From contig VRVR01000053.1 of assembly GCA_009859145.1 (NCBI GenBank), positions 124,001-188,000 of the forward strand: DNA of 64,000 nt. The letters run 5' to 3'. Source of the stretch: Andalucia godoyi And28. Lineage: Eukaryota > Protista > Jakobida. Below, piece after piece: positions 8,942 through 19,471 of this stretch. The position numbers and the translations under genes are program-made. Positions within the stretch are counted from its first letter, which is position 1; every line of letters begins with the position of its first letter. The notes beneath the pieces are model-generated. The model was not told where the DNA came from, searched no databases, and saw only the letters and a program-made list of their open reading frames with translations.

Positions 8942-11900
8942 TCATGTGGCAAACATGGTAGAATCAGCAAAAAAGCGCTGCTGCAATTCAACATAGTAGT
9001 CTTCATGCAAGGTCAGCGGAACTCCTCGTCTGCAATCCACATCCCTTTCTCCAAGCGCGTCCGTGTATGGAGAAGGGAGCCGATGGGCCACGCCGCGCAC
9101 AATGCACAAGACTTGGCCGGAAGGCAGCTGCAAGGCAAGAGCGTGCAATCCGTGCAAATGGGAACCAACGTCGTGAAAGGTCTTACCGCAAATTAAACAT
9201 AGATGATGTGCCTGACCGTGTTGCTGAATCACAGAAGCGTAATCATGAGGAAGACTGATCAACCGCCGATGGATCTTTGAATCTTCCAGAGAGAGACCGG
9301 ACGATGAGAGGAGCGGTGAAGGTACTGACTCGGTATCTTCGAGAATCCTTTCAAGCGCCCGTTCCTCAAAAGGAGAAACGACTCGACGACGCTTTCGTAG
9401 CCTCCCACTTTCCGCCACAGCAACGTTCTCCACCAACGACCAAAGATGGAAAACGACAGGGTGCAAGGACTCGGAAAAGGAATCGGCTGCAGTATCCTCG
9501 CCACTCCCGAGCTCCGTGACAGTTGGCGGTACATAGACGGTGCATCCAGCATCGAGGGTTTTTGCACGCAAGTCCTTGACAACCTTCCACATCTGCCGCA
9601 ATGCTGTCACGTGTTCTCTGGCGTATTCTGCGCTCTGCAGTGACAGCCAAGCTCCAAAAGAAAGCACACGAATCATCAAGTCAACCGCATTCTCTTGGCG
9701 AGAGAAAACTGCAGGCGATCCATTGTCAACAGACAGCAAACGGGCCACAAAATTCTCGACTGGCCCCCGAAGCCATCGCGTAGGAATGCTCGCAGGACCA
9801 TGACCACCAGAATGGGTGGCGCTCAACAGGTTCTGACTTCCAGAAAGCGGCGGGACCCCGCAGGGCAGGATGGTATTCGAAAGTGACTTACACGCAGGGC
9901 ACTGAAATTCATTCTTGTCCAGACGAACGCTGGTGAGAAAAAAAGACTTCTTCACCAACTCGTTGAAAAATGAGTTGAAGCATGCAGGATGAATGTAATG
10001 CGAGCATGTTGAAACAGAGATGGGAATCATGGATGGTGAAGGAGAGGAAGCAGAGTGGACAGAGGGGCCGACGTACGCGACAGTGCACATCTCGGAGGCC
10101 GCCGACTCGGACCGACACAAGATGCATGAAAACCGAACTTCATCGGGCTTCGCATATTGTGGATCCACAATGTCTGTAGCGACGAGTGCTTGCTTCTTTG
10201 ATATTTCAGCCAGCCTGGATCGCCTAGCTTTAGCTGCCCTCTCTGAAGACAACGACGACGCTAACGAATCATGTGGATCAAGAGAACTAAAACCCGAGCC
10301 ATCACTCTCTGACATATCGCCGGAAGAATGACAGGAGCTGGACGAGGACGAAGACGAAGTGGTGTTCTTCCCGGATACTTGTGAAGTAGATCGTGCACCA
10401 CTGCTGTTGCTACAGGAGGCTGAGCAACGGTGTGCGGCATCGCCCAAAACCCGGACACGTTCCTCCTCATTCCAGCTGCGCGTCCATTCCTCCAATGCCT
10501 GGAAAACACGTGAAGACGAACTGAACGCCGCGGCAAGAGCACTCACGCACAAGCGTACTTCCTCGTAGCCGGTTGTGGACGACACGTGGAACTGCGACGG
10601 CCGGACATGCTGAAATTCCGATGGGCACTGAGACACCCACCAGGGAATAAATCCCACGATGCCTCCGTCAACTTTGGTCTGCAGCTTTTGGTCAATAGAG
10701 GAGCCAGAATCTGGTACACGAATTGGATGCAGCATGTCTCCGACGCGCTTCGTGCATTTTGAAATTACTTGCAAAGAAGGTGGGCACGGAAGCCAGGGTG
10801 GGCAAATTCCAATCAACTGGCCAGCAGCACTGCCGCCACCGCCATGTGGCGCCTGGAAAGCGGTTTGGGAGGCGCTTGTGATTTGCACGTACTGCGGAGC
10901 CTGGCTGCTGGTTCCAGAACTTGTCCCTGTAGGATGCTGCGGTTGGAACGCTGTGCTTCCTCCAAGCGAGAAGGCGCTTGGAGGAAGTGGGCCATTCGCC
11001 GCGACCAACCATTTCACGTACTGCGTTTCCGACACGCGTCCCTGGCCCAGACGAGAGCAGTGCCACTCCACTAGATGCACCAACAGTGCCAAGCAATCAA
11101 GACCGCGGACCTCCTGGCGCAGTTTCTCTTCCATTGCATCTTCTTCTGGACGGACTCCGCGTTCAACATGTGAGATGGGATCTTCCGGGCACGCAAATGC
11201 ATCCACAACTGCTGAAATGCATTCAGAACGAGCAGCATCCATCCACAGTCGCAGCACAACCAAGTCCCACCACATGGAGCTGGACGTGAGAGGCGATTCC
11301 AGCCACGCACACTGATGTTTCACGCCCAGCGGATTGCGCTCCCACCTGTGCGCACGAGCAACATCGCAAGCCAAGACACGCGAGGAAATGATGTCCATTC
11401 CAAACCAGCTGACGCAGGAAACAGACGAGCGAATGACACGCATATACAGAGATTCTTCAATAGAATGTGGCAATTCAATGGTCGACAACCCGTTCGTAAT
11501 ACCGGAAACCGTGCTGAGCGGAAAGTTGGCTGCAGGAAGTGATGAAGTGATCGACAATGGTGAATATTTGTCGATCGAACCTGCGCCATCGTCATGAGCA
11601 CCAGCGCCAGCACCGCCACTGTCTCGTAAAGCACCGCATTGAGAAGTCCACAGTGAAGAGAAGAATCGTGCCATCACGGGAAAGAACGATACAGAAAGTT
11701 TCCTCGTGCCTCGACGCTTGATATCTCCAACGTACTCGTCAAACTTGCGGATCCAGAGGGACAACGCATCGATATGTCCCGCAATGTCTTCCACGTGATC
11801 GCGGCGGAGTGGTGCATGCACCGTGAGCGACAGCCATGTACCAACAGTTTTATACAGAGTATCCAGGCATGTCTGTTCCAAATGAAGCATTGACACGTAG

Positions 11901-12934
11901 CTGCTGTCATCGGAGTCAACCCTTCTGACAGGCACAGCATGATCCAGAGGCTGCAACAGCTGGATGTACATTCCCACGAGATGAGCAAATCGCTCTGCGT
12001 CAGAGACCCCAAGCCGCAGTCTGTCTCTGCGCTCCAAAAAGTCAATCCTCAAATTCTTCAGCAACGAATAAATAAGAGATACGGGCTTGCTTCCCCTTGG
12101 GTACCGCTTTCCAGCCAGAGCGCCGACAAGTTCGTTCACAGGAACCCAATCGCGCAAGTCCATATTCAATGTTTCATCAAACGACAACTGCCCGACCGAT
12201 GCAGCAATTGCTAGCAGTACGTCAGACCACTGTGGCAGCAGCATCGAAGTGACCATTGGCGCCAAGTGATCATCTGCCAGCGCAGAAACCAAAAACGCAA
12301 GCACGAGATGCGGTCGTTCCGATGCGACCTGCGCCAGCGCAGCCACAAAGTGCGACTGCGCGTGGTTGGCATGCTGTGGATTTGCGACCGATCCGTGAAT
12401 CGACGGGTCCACCGCAGTAGCATGGCACGAACAAAGCCAATGTACAAGATCTGAAATGCCGAATTCGTCTGCAAACAACCTCGCATGAACGAGATCTGGA
12501 ACTTCCGCAAGCAAATTGACGTGCATTTCACGGTTCCACAGCTCGGAGACTCTGGATAGCGTCGACACAGCATCCAGCTGCGCACTTGCAACCGTACTCG
12601 GATTCGGTCTTGGATCTAGACTTGGAGCACTGAGAAGAATCTGGGAGAGATGTCGGATGAACCGTGAAGAACTATGAAAGGACAGACTGGCTAGGGTCTT
12701 GAACCGATTCATTTTGGACTCTGCGGTTTCCCCATGCTTCTGCAACCGCTCCTGCAAAACAACCTCAGCTGGAAGCAAATTTGTACACAACGACGCGTGC
12801 TTTGTCAGAAAATACGAGTGCTCGCGATGCTGTTCAGGCTGAAAACACCGACTGCAATACTGGACATTGCATGAATTGCAGAACCACGACGGCGACGCTG
12901 GAGTTGGATACGATATCGCGTGGCACCGTCGCAT
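8942..12934 (-). CDS. UBR-type (N-recognin, UBR1/PRT6-like) RING E3 ubiquitin ligase
   Basis: UBR-box-like CNSC...CSRCFQPEQHREH at the N-terminus; interrupted RING CILC...TCSHYIHPAC...EFQCPACKSLSNTILP; UBR1-type C-terminus LPSPYTDALGERD..CRRGVPLTL. ATG at 12934 used; a speculative 22-nt first exon (13123-13102) would splice in frame. Confidence 0.85.
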   Translation of the reverse strand: MRRCHAISYPTPASPSWFCNSCNVQYCSRCFQPEQHREHSYFLTKHASLCTNLLPAEVVLQERLQKHGETAESKMNRFKTLASLSFHSSSRFIRHLSQILLSAPSLDPRPNPSTVASAQLDAVSTLSRVSELWNREMHVNLLAEVPDLVHARLFADEFGISDLVHWLCSCHATAVDPSIHGSVANPQHANHAQSHFVAALAQVASERPHLVLAFLVSALADDHLAPMVTSMLLPQWSDVLLAIAASVGQLSFDETLNMDLRDWVPVNELVGALAGKRYPRGSKPVSLIYSLLKNLRIDFLERRDRLRLGVSDAERFAHLVGMYIQLLQPLDHAVPVRRVDSDDSSYVSMLHLEQTCLDTLYKTVGTWLSLTVHAPLRRDHVEDIAGHIDALSLWIRKFDEYVGDIKRRGTRKLSVSFFPVMARFFSSLWTSQCGALRDSGGAGAGAHDDGAGSIDKYSPLSITSSLPAANFPLSTVSGITNGLSTIELPHSIEESLYMRVIRSSVSCVSWFGMDIISSRVLACDVARAHRWERNPLGVKHQCAWLESPLTSSSMWWDLVVLRLWMDAARSECISAVVDAFACPEDPISHVERGVRPEEDAMEEKLRQEVRGLDCLALLVHLVEWHCSRLGQGRVSETQYVKWLVAANGPLPPSAFSLGGSTAFQPQHPTGTSSGTSSQAPQYVQITSASQTAFQAPHGGGGSAAGQLIGICPPWLPCPPSLQVISKCTKRVGDMLHPIRVPDSGSSIDQKLQTKVDGGIVGFIPWWVSQCPSEFQHVRPSQFHVSSTTGYEEVRLCVSALAAAFSSSSRVFQALEEWTRSWNEEERVRVLGDAAHRCSASCSNSSGARSTSQVSGKNTTSSSSSSSSCHSSGDMSESDGSGFSSLDPHDSLASSLSSERAAKARRSRLAEISKKQALVATDIVDPQYAKPDEVRFSCILCRSESAASEMCTVAYVGPSVHSASSPSPSMIPISVSTCSHYIHPACFNSFFNELVKKSFFLTSVRLDKNEFQCPACKSLSNTILPCGVPPLSGSQNLLSATHSGGHGPASIPTRWLRGPVENFVARLLSVDNGSPAVFSRQENAVDLMIRVLSFGAWLSLQSAEYAREHVTALRQMWKVVKDLRAKTLDAGCTVYVPPTVTELGSGEDTAADSFSESLHPVVFHLWSLVENVAVAESGRLRKRRRVVSPFEERALERILEDTESVPSPLLSSSGLSLEDSKIHRRLISLPHDYASVIQQHGQAHHLCLICGKTFHDVGSHLHGLHALALQLPSGQVLCIVRGVAHRLPSPYTDALGERDVDCRRGVPLTLHEDYYVELQQRFFADSTMFAT

Positions 12935-13421
12935 GCATGCTCTCCCTTGTATGTAGGACCAACAGATAATGACAACCAAAACAACAAAAAACACAACAAA
13001 TTCCGGACTAATGATAATCGTCAAAAGCACTAAACATGAAGCAAGCAAAGAAAGACAAAAAAACAACGAGCCAAATAACAAATTTGTGTATAATTAAAAA
13101 CTCGTTTGGGAGCGTTCGGACATTTGGGTTTTTTCGTTTGGCGTTCTTTATGCCCGCTGTGAAGGACTGACGTCATCGTCGCCAAAGAAAAGTGCAGGAG
13201 TGCGCGTTTATCTTTCTTACAGCAGATTGAGGCAGTGGTGACTACGGTAGACGGAAGGTGTGAGGCGCGCCTTGGGGGGGTGGCAGGACGTAATCTACGG
13301 ATGGGTTCCTTTTTGGCATCCAAGACAGGCGGTTCTGCTATGTACATACATGTGTGGCGGACGGGGGGGCCGGGGGTCCAGCGCAGACGGGTAAGGAGAG
13401 AGAATCTCGGCAGGGAAAGCA

Positions 13422-14612
13422 TTACAGTTCCATCGTCTTGGGAGTTTCGGGGGTGCCGTCGTGTTCTGCGCTGAGAAATTCATACTGGTTTCGTCCGTGT
13501 TGGACGACGACAGCATGCTGCACATCAAGAAGTCCCTTTCGGTGAGATGCGTTCATGATGCTGAGTACCAAGCAGTTGTTGGCAGCGGACGGCGAGTTTG
13601 CAGCAGACGAAAACACCGGTCGATTCATGGGAGAAGCCTCGCCACTCGAGTGGGAACCGAAATTCGAGTTGAAGTGGCTGGGAGAAGCAGAGAGCCGCAT
13701 GGTGGAAGTCGGAACATGGTTCAGGTAGGGAGCAACCTTGTCTGACTTTGCGTACGCTTGATGTTGGACCGCGTGCACCTTGACGGGACAGTTAGTCGGG
13801 GAAAAGAGGACGGAAAATGAGTCCTTGGCGGTGCCTTGCATCCGGTCAATCTGCTTCCACGGGATAAACGACGAGTGCCATCCTTGAATTGCAATGATGC
13901 AGAGAAGCCGCTGTCCGCCAGGTACCTTGATGCGGTTATCTTGCTTTGCGCCGCTGAAATGTTCACTGAGCACCGTCAGTTCATGAGACGACACTTCGCA
14001 GATCTCCTTGTTCGTTGCCGCATCGATCGAAACGACCTTTTCCAGGACCACAACCACTCGAATCGGAAACATCCCGTAATTGTAGACCTTGACATACGTC
14101 ACCAAAGACGAATCCGCCGTCGGCCGATGGTCTGTTTGCCGTGTCAGGGAATGCAGATCAGTCGGACTGCTGTCCTGGAAGTCCGTCGTCAGCGGTGCCA
14201 AATGCGTGCCAAACTTCTGTGCCTTGGTCCGTGGCGCTGCTGTTGGCGAAGGGGCAGAAGCAATTTCCGGAAGGTACCCAACACGCGGCGAATGTGATGA
14301 TGCTTTGACTGGTTCGTAGACGGGAGACGTTTTTGGATCAGCGAACGCGTTCTTCTGCGAGCAGATGAAGCGAGTCCAAGAAGCATGGACTTTCCGAACT
14401 GGAGAAGGAACAGTTGGAGATGGAGGACTCGCTGATCGAGGAGACGCACATCTCTTCATAGGCGACCCTACGGACATTCGCCCAATGCCGGTTGCCGACG
14501 TAGGGGACTGGGCTTGTCCTTCTGCCGAAAAGCCTGTGGTTAGATACGACGACTTCTCATTCACATCAATGGCGGGTGGTCGCATAGGACGGGTCTTGGA
14601 AGAAGCTGACAT
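13422..14612 (-). CDS. Hypothetical protein (Ser/Pro-rich N-terminus, possible PH-like beta-rich domains)
   Basis: Long ORF with coding-like composition. ATG at 14612 follows an AT/microsatellite stretch. No family recognised. Confidence 0.6.
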   Translation of the reverse strand: MSASSKTRPMRPPAIDVNEKSSYLTTGFSAEGQAQSPTSATGIGRMSVGSPMKRCASPRSASPPSPTVPSPVRKVHASWTRFICSQKNAFADPKTSPVYEPVKASSHSPRVGYLPEIASAPSPTAAPRTKAQKFGTHLAPLTTDFQDSSPTDLHSLTRQTDHRPTADSSLVTYVKVYNYGMFPIRVVVVLEKVVSIDAATNKEICEVSSHELTVLSEHFSGAKQDNRIKVPGGQRLLCIIAIQGWHSSFIPWKQIDRMQGTAKDSFSVLFSPTNCPVKVHAVQHQAYAKSDKVAPYLNHVPTSTMRLSASPSHFNSNFGSHSSGEASPMNRPVFSSAANSPSAANNCLVLSIMNASHRKGLLDVQHAVVVQHGRNQYEFLSAEHDGTPETPKTMEL

Positions 14613-14725
14613 TCCCCTCTTCACTTTTTTTCTTCTTTTTTCCCCCTCCAACAAACACTGCGTGCGAAGAATGCAAAATAGCAGTACAATACGTTTCAAA
14701 GCGTGAGAATTCAAATGACTGTGAC

Positions 14726-14727
14726 GG

Positions 14728-14775
<48 letters not shown>
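14726..14775. repeat. (GAT)n trinucleotide microsatellite
   Basis: Directly visible gatgatgat... run. Confidence 0.9.
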
Positions 14776-14879
14776 AGAAGAAGATAAAAAAGAAGAAAAG
14801 AGAGGACGCGAGGACGAGACGGAAAAAACACGCTTTTATAGTTGCTTGCTGTTGCTTGTTTCTGCGACGGCGCACTGAA

Positions 14880-15485
14880 CTGATCCGTGGTGTGCGCCGA
14901 CTGCCGAGGAAACCTGCGGTGCTGCGACATGGCGAGACATTGTTTGCTACGTCCGAGGAGAATCTTCTACAAATTTCCCTCGTCGCCGCCTTGCATGCTC
15001 ACTCTGGCTGTCACCGAGCCCCAGCAACGAGCAGAGTCGGAGACGACCAGATGAACAGGAAGTTCCCCTTGCTCTGACGGCTGTACCCGCAGATGCGCGG
15101 CTCTGGTAAGACCTGCCTACTTGGGGAGCATGAGGCGAGGAGCCAGCTGAACACCTGTCGTTTACGCAATCTGCCAGTTGCAGCTTTAGGCTATATGGGG
15201 AAAGAACCGAACGCACCTGTCAATGGTGCTCTCACGCTGTCCACGCATTCATCTGCTGGATTACGTGTGCATTCATTACAAGTCGCAGGATTCCATGCAG
15301 ATCCTGCCTTTGTTCACGCCGTTCCCTGTCTGATTGCCGGCCTGTGCGCTCGCATGCAGCATGAAAGCTGCGCCGAGTCCCGACTCTTGCGCCCCTCAGC
15401 TGAGGCGCGTGGGAAGTTCTCTCGGTTTTCGCAAGCTCTCTGGCTAGATCCCGTGGTCGAAGCCGAGCTGAGCCACAGTATGTGT

Positions 15486-15524
<39 letters not shown>

Positions 15525-15945
15525 GTTTCAACGACCGTTGGCTGATTTTTGAACTGGTCTTATTGGGTTTTACTCCGTTTTCATTTGTCTTGACAGAATG
15601 TTTTGAAATCTGAAGGTAACGGGGGTTTTCTCCAACCAATTAGAACCCATTAAAAACGAAGCTTCCCTCTCTTCTGCGTGGGGCTTCTTCCAGTCCCCGC
15701 CAGAGACTGCACTACAAGGAGAGTGAGCACGCGGGTCGCAAAGTTCACGTAGTGACGGAAGAGTGCGCGTCCTCATCAGAAAACGGGAGGACGTACGGCG
15801 CTCCGATGTCCAGCGTGTGCAGTGGGTGGCGGGGCGCTCTTGTACAGTTTTTATGTTGGTAACGACTGTACTCGCTTCCTCTCTGTGGTTTCTGTGTGAT
15901 TGGCATCGTGATGTGCTTGACCCGCGTGGTGCGTAATGCTTAGTG
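14880..15945 (+). mobile_element. Decayed Fanzor2/TnpB ORF (HTH, RuvC-I, RuvC-II region, Zn ribbon, RuvC-III remnants)
   Basis: Colinear pieces across frames: PTAEETCGAATW (14897-14932; cf. PTxEQ...GAARW); LWLDPVV (15438-15458; cf. ALDPGV); AWGFFQ + RQRLHYKESEHAGRKVHVVTEECAS (15676-15772; cf. WSxYxFRQRLxxK...VVVTEEYTS); SSVCSG (15809-15826); LPLCGFC (to 15895); HRDV (15904-15915) ..RN (cf. DRDxNxARN). Confidence 0.8.
15481..15522. repeat. (TG)n dinucleotide microsatellite
   Basis: Directly visible; lies inside the Fanzor relic. Confidence 0.95.
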
Positions 15946-16036
15946 ATCTGCGGGCGAGGGCAGTTGAACACTGAGATTCAGAAGGGGAGGGGAAAGAGAG
16001 AAGAAGAAAAAAGAAAACAGTATTAAAAAAAGGAGG

Positions 16037-16423
16037 ATGTCGCTTCGCGGGGGTCCGATGTCAGAGTTGCTGCGTCTGATGACGTCTGTTCTCGGGCTTT
16101 CGTCGCTTCATCCGAACGAAAAGACCCGCACGTTGCTGTCGCTTGGTGCCGGAGTGCTGTCGGCGTCGGCGGCCTGGATCATGCTTGCATCGTCCGTGTA
16201 CGAATCGTATCGAGTGGAGACGGAGCTGGCTGATCTTACGGAAGAAGAAGAGCGGAAGAAGACGCAGCGAAGACTTCTGTTCCAAAGAAGCCTCGTTTGG
16301 ACATCTGCGGTCGGCGGAAGCCTTGCTGCGGGCTACGTCGTTGGCAGAATCCAGGGACGAAAAGTGTACTTGAAGGCTCTGCAGCAAGTCGAGGACATCC
16401 TGGCCGCGTCTAAACCAAAGTAG
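16037..16423 (+). CDS. Small hypothetical membrane protein (two hydrophobic segments)
   Basis: 128-aa ATG ORF with GC-rich coding composition, flanked by A-rich spacers. Two TM-like stretches separated by an acidic/basic helix. Confidence 0.65.
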   Translation: MSLRGGPMSELLRLMTSVLGLSSLHPNEKTRTLLSLGAGVLSASAAWIMLASSVYESYRVETELADLTEEEERKKTQRRLLFQRSLVWTSAVGGSLAAGYVVGRIQGRKVYLKALQQVEDILAASKPK

Positions 16424-16554
16424 TGTGTATAATTCTCCAAATCTTGATTCTATTTACAGACACTGAGCACTGATGGATACATGGCCACACACAGACCAGG
16501 ACAGGGACAAAGAGAGGCAGAAGGAGGCAGAGGGGGAGACTGCTGCTTGGCTGG

Positions 16555-17016
16555 TTACCGTTTCCCAGATTTGGATTCGTAGTATTGTCCGTTTCGAGGG
16601 TTAAAGTAGAGCTTGAGAACGGCATCGTAGATGAGCTCGACTTCATCCGACGGCAGCGATTCTTGAGAATGCCGTACCATTCCTTCGTCGTCAGCCTCAT
16701 CGTCATCTTGGAACCCACTCAACGGCTTGGAATCTCGGTGCCGCAGGCCCACGAACTGATCATCGTCGTCATCCTCACTTGCATCGGCACGGCTGGTTCC
16801 CCAGCCTGCTACTGCTTCCGGAATGACAGGTGGTTCGTGACGCTCCGGATCGGGATCAACCATCCTGGGTCTCAAAAACTGAGGCGCAGCGGAGGCGCCG
16901 GAATGGTCGGTTTTCTTCATCGACACTGCATTCGCCGCAGTTGTCGCACCTCCTGGAGAAGCAGGATCATCTGTCCGATAAATTGGCTTTGCTGTTCCAA
17001 CAAGACAGAAATCAAA

Positions 17017-17055
<39 letters not shown>

Positions 17056-18882
17056 ATCATTGTCACGATGGTGCCCTTCATCATCGTCGTCTTCTCCATA
17101 GTTACCGTGCACAACATGCTGCTCAGGCTCTGAATCGTGCTCAGGCTCATCGTTCCAGTCTTGTCCGAGTGCGTGTCTGTCAGCACCCATGACTTCATCG
17201 TTGTCCAGCTGGTCTTCGGCGGTGGCAGCAGGCTTGTGGCCAGGAGACACGCGGGTTTTGAATGGACTCGCCTTGTAATTGGGCTTTGTGACGGGAAGAT
17301 CAAGCTCAGAGTCGGAGGACATGACTTCTTCGCGGTCTTCGTCCTCGTCTTCGTTCTCCTCCGCACTCGCGTGGCTCGAGTGGATCTTGGCAAACGGAGA
17401 TGCCGAGGAATGGGGGTTTCCAGTCCCTCGTCCATGGTCCAATGAAGAAGAGGAATCGTATAGCGAAGATTCCTGGCCCGGACTATGTGGTGGGGGCGGG
17501 GAATCGATAGAGGCCTGCGGATAATGCGCGTCTCTTCCAGCACTTCCAGCCGGCCGATCCGGAGATTTGCTGGAAGATGCATAGGAAGACGACGCAGAGA
17601 ACCCGCTGGAGCGCAGGGAAGACCGGGGTGACGCATCCGAGTGGCGCGGAGAATCAATGATGTCGTACCGCGGTCCCACTTCTCTGCCCGCTGGTCGTTC
17701 GTTCCGACCTTCCATTCGCCTGCGTTCAACTTCCGGCGGAATGGAATGGAGATCATCGTCATCGTCATCTCGATATCTGGAAGAATCATAGTTGTCACGA
17801 GGTCCAGGCTCCTTTCCTTTCGAAACGTCCGCAGGCCGCACGCTATGGACAACAGGTTGACCTGCCAGTGGACCGGTATTGTGCAGACGGACTTGTTGCA
17901 TCTCGTGAGTTTGCTGTGGCGGAATTGTCTTGACGCTCGTTGTCCCGTTGCGAGATGATGACGACCTGCTTTGCGTTCGCGCACTCGGATCACGGCTTGG
18001 CGCTGGACCGACAGCAATGGCCGCTTCTGCAGGGGCCGCAGAAGCTCCCGCTCCAACAGACGACTCGGCAAAGGTTTTTCGAGTCCCTTGAATGCCAAGA
18101 GGTCCTTTGTCCGGTACATGGGCCGCAGTCGGCGCCTGTGCCTGTGCCTGTGCCTGTGTCTGTGTTGGATTTTGCGAGTGACCCGAAACTGGCTCCTTTG
18201 CCACAGATGGCATGTTGTGTGACGGGCCCAATCCTGGGCCAATCAGCCCCAATGATTCGCGGTTGAGAAGCTGGATGACGTTGGGAACCGACGGCAGAAA
18301 CGCCAATGGTCTCGGAAACTCCAATCGCGGATCATCTCGTAGAGTAAACACCTTTCTGAGTTTGATTGACGGCCCAATCGCAATTGAATCGACGCCTGCA
18401 AACACCGACCCTCCCGCAATCAGCCCTCCGGACCCGCCCGTGTTGAGCCAGCAAAGATCGTTCATATCAAAGCACAGCGTGTTCCATGTGTTCCGCACGA
18501 CCACTTCGCCAAGAGGAACCTGTGTGTGCAGCGGCGACGCATGCAGCTTTGCAAATGCCGTTGAGAACAGTAGTCTCCGATGATTGGAGTTCGCAGTGAA
18601 CCCAAATTCAAAGTACAGCGGAGATCCAAGAGGTGCGAATATCTGAAAGCACAGATACCGCTGAATGAGATTAAGCGATGTGTTGGCATTCGCCGCCGCA
18701 ATCACAAGCCTGTTTGTCATGGCGCCTTCAATGGACACAACATAGCACTTTACGGACTTGTCAAATGACCGACCTTGGTTCGCCGGTGCTGGCTTCGCTG
18801 TGAATTTGCAATTCGGGAGAGGATTTGTCCCCGAATTCGACACGACTTCGAAATACGGACCGCCCTGATATGTCGTCGTCAT
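16555..18882 (-). CDS. CFAP20DC: CFAP20 domain-containing protein (C3orf67-like)
   Basis: N-terminal YQGGPYFEVVS...LNLIQRYLCFQIF...RRLLFSTAF...HTQVPL...WNTLCFDMNDL (DUF667/CFAP20). C-terminal ELIYDAVLKLYFNPRNGQYYE is the typical CFAP20DC tail. The middle is long and disordered. Confidence 0.88.
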
Positions 18883-18964
18883 ATGCTCGCGCACCCACGG
18901 AGTTGAGGATTAACAGAAAATACAAACTAGGATTAAATGATGATTGGCGATGGATGATTGATGA

Positions 18965-19027
18965 AGGATACAGGATACAGGATGAAGGATACAGGATAAA
19001 GGATAAAGGATAGAGGAAACAGGAAAC
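18965..19027. repeat. Degenerate heptamer tandem repeat (AGGATAC/AGGATAA/AGGAAAC)
   Basis: ggatacaggatacaggatgaaggatacaggataaaggataaaggatagaggaaacaggaaac. Confidence 0.8.
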
Positions 19028-19471
19028 TAACGATCGATTTCAGGAAGCAACTGTAGTCGAGAGGGAAAAAGCCTTTTTAATTGTAAAAAAACAACCCGAT
19101 AACCCAAACGTCTGGTGGACGGCTGTGAACATCATGGGATAGTATGGCTGAAGGTATGCAGGTCGAGGCCCACTGAGAGACACTGTCGGATATGACAACC
19201 GATTCCTTGTAATTGATGATGGGCGATGATGCGGATTGTAAAAGTTCCTTTTTTACGCCAAAAAAAAAATGTGTCTGAGGCGCAGCATGCGAGACAAATT
19301 TTGGAGACGTTTGGGTTGGAGGCAGTACTTTAAGTAGATGCGGCCGGGTACCTGTTCGACTGCAATGCAAAAGCCGATCCACGTGACGCACACATCCTGA
19401 AGAATGACTGGGCATATATCAAAACGCCACGCCGTCCATTCGCGATCTCTCTGCCCTTTGGCAGCATTGGA

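Noticed and set aside
15400-15430. GGGAAGTTCT as RNase P/MRP RNA CR-I
   Set aside because: No matching CR-V or P4 partner was seen.
15093-15545. 150-aa ORF starting MRGSGKT as a P-loop kinase
   Set aside because: No hydrophobic strand precedes the motif and no downstream kinase features follow. It runs into (TG)n, and the region is better explained as a Fanzor relic.
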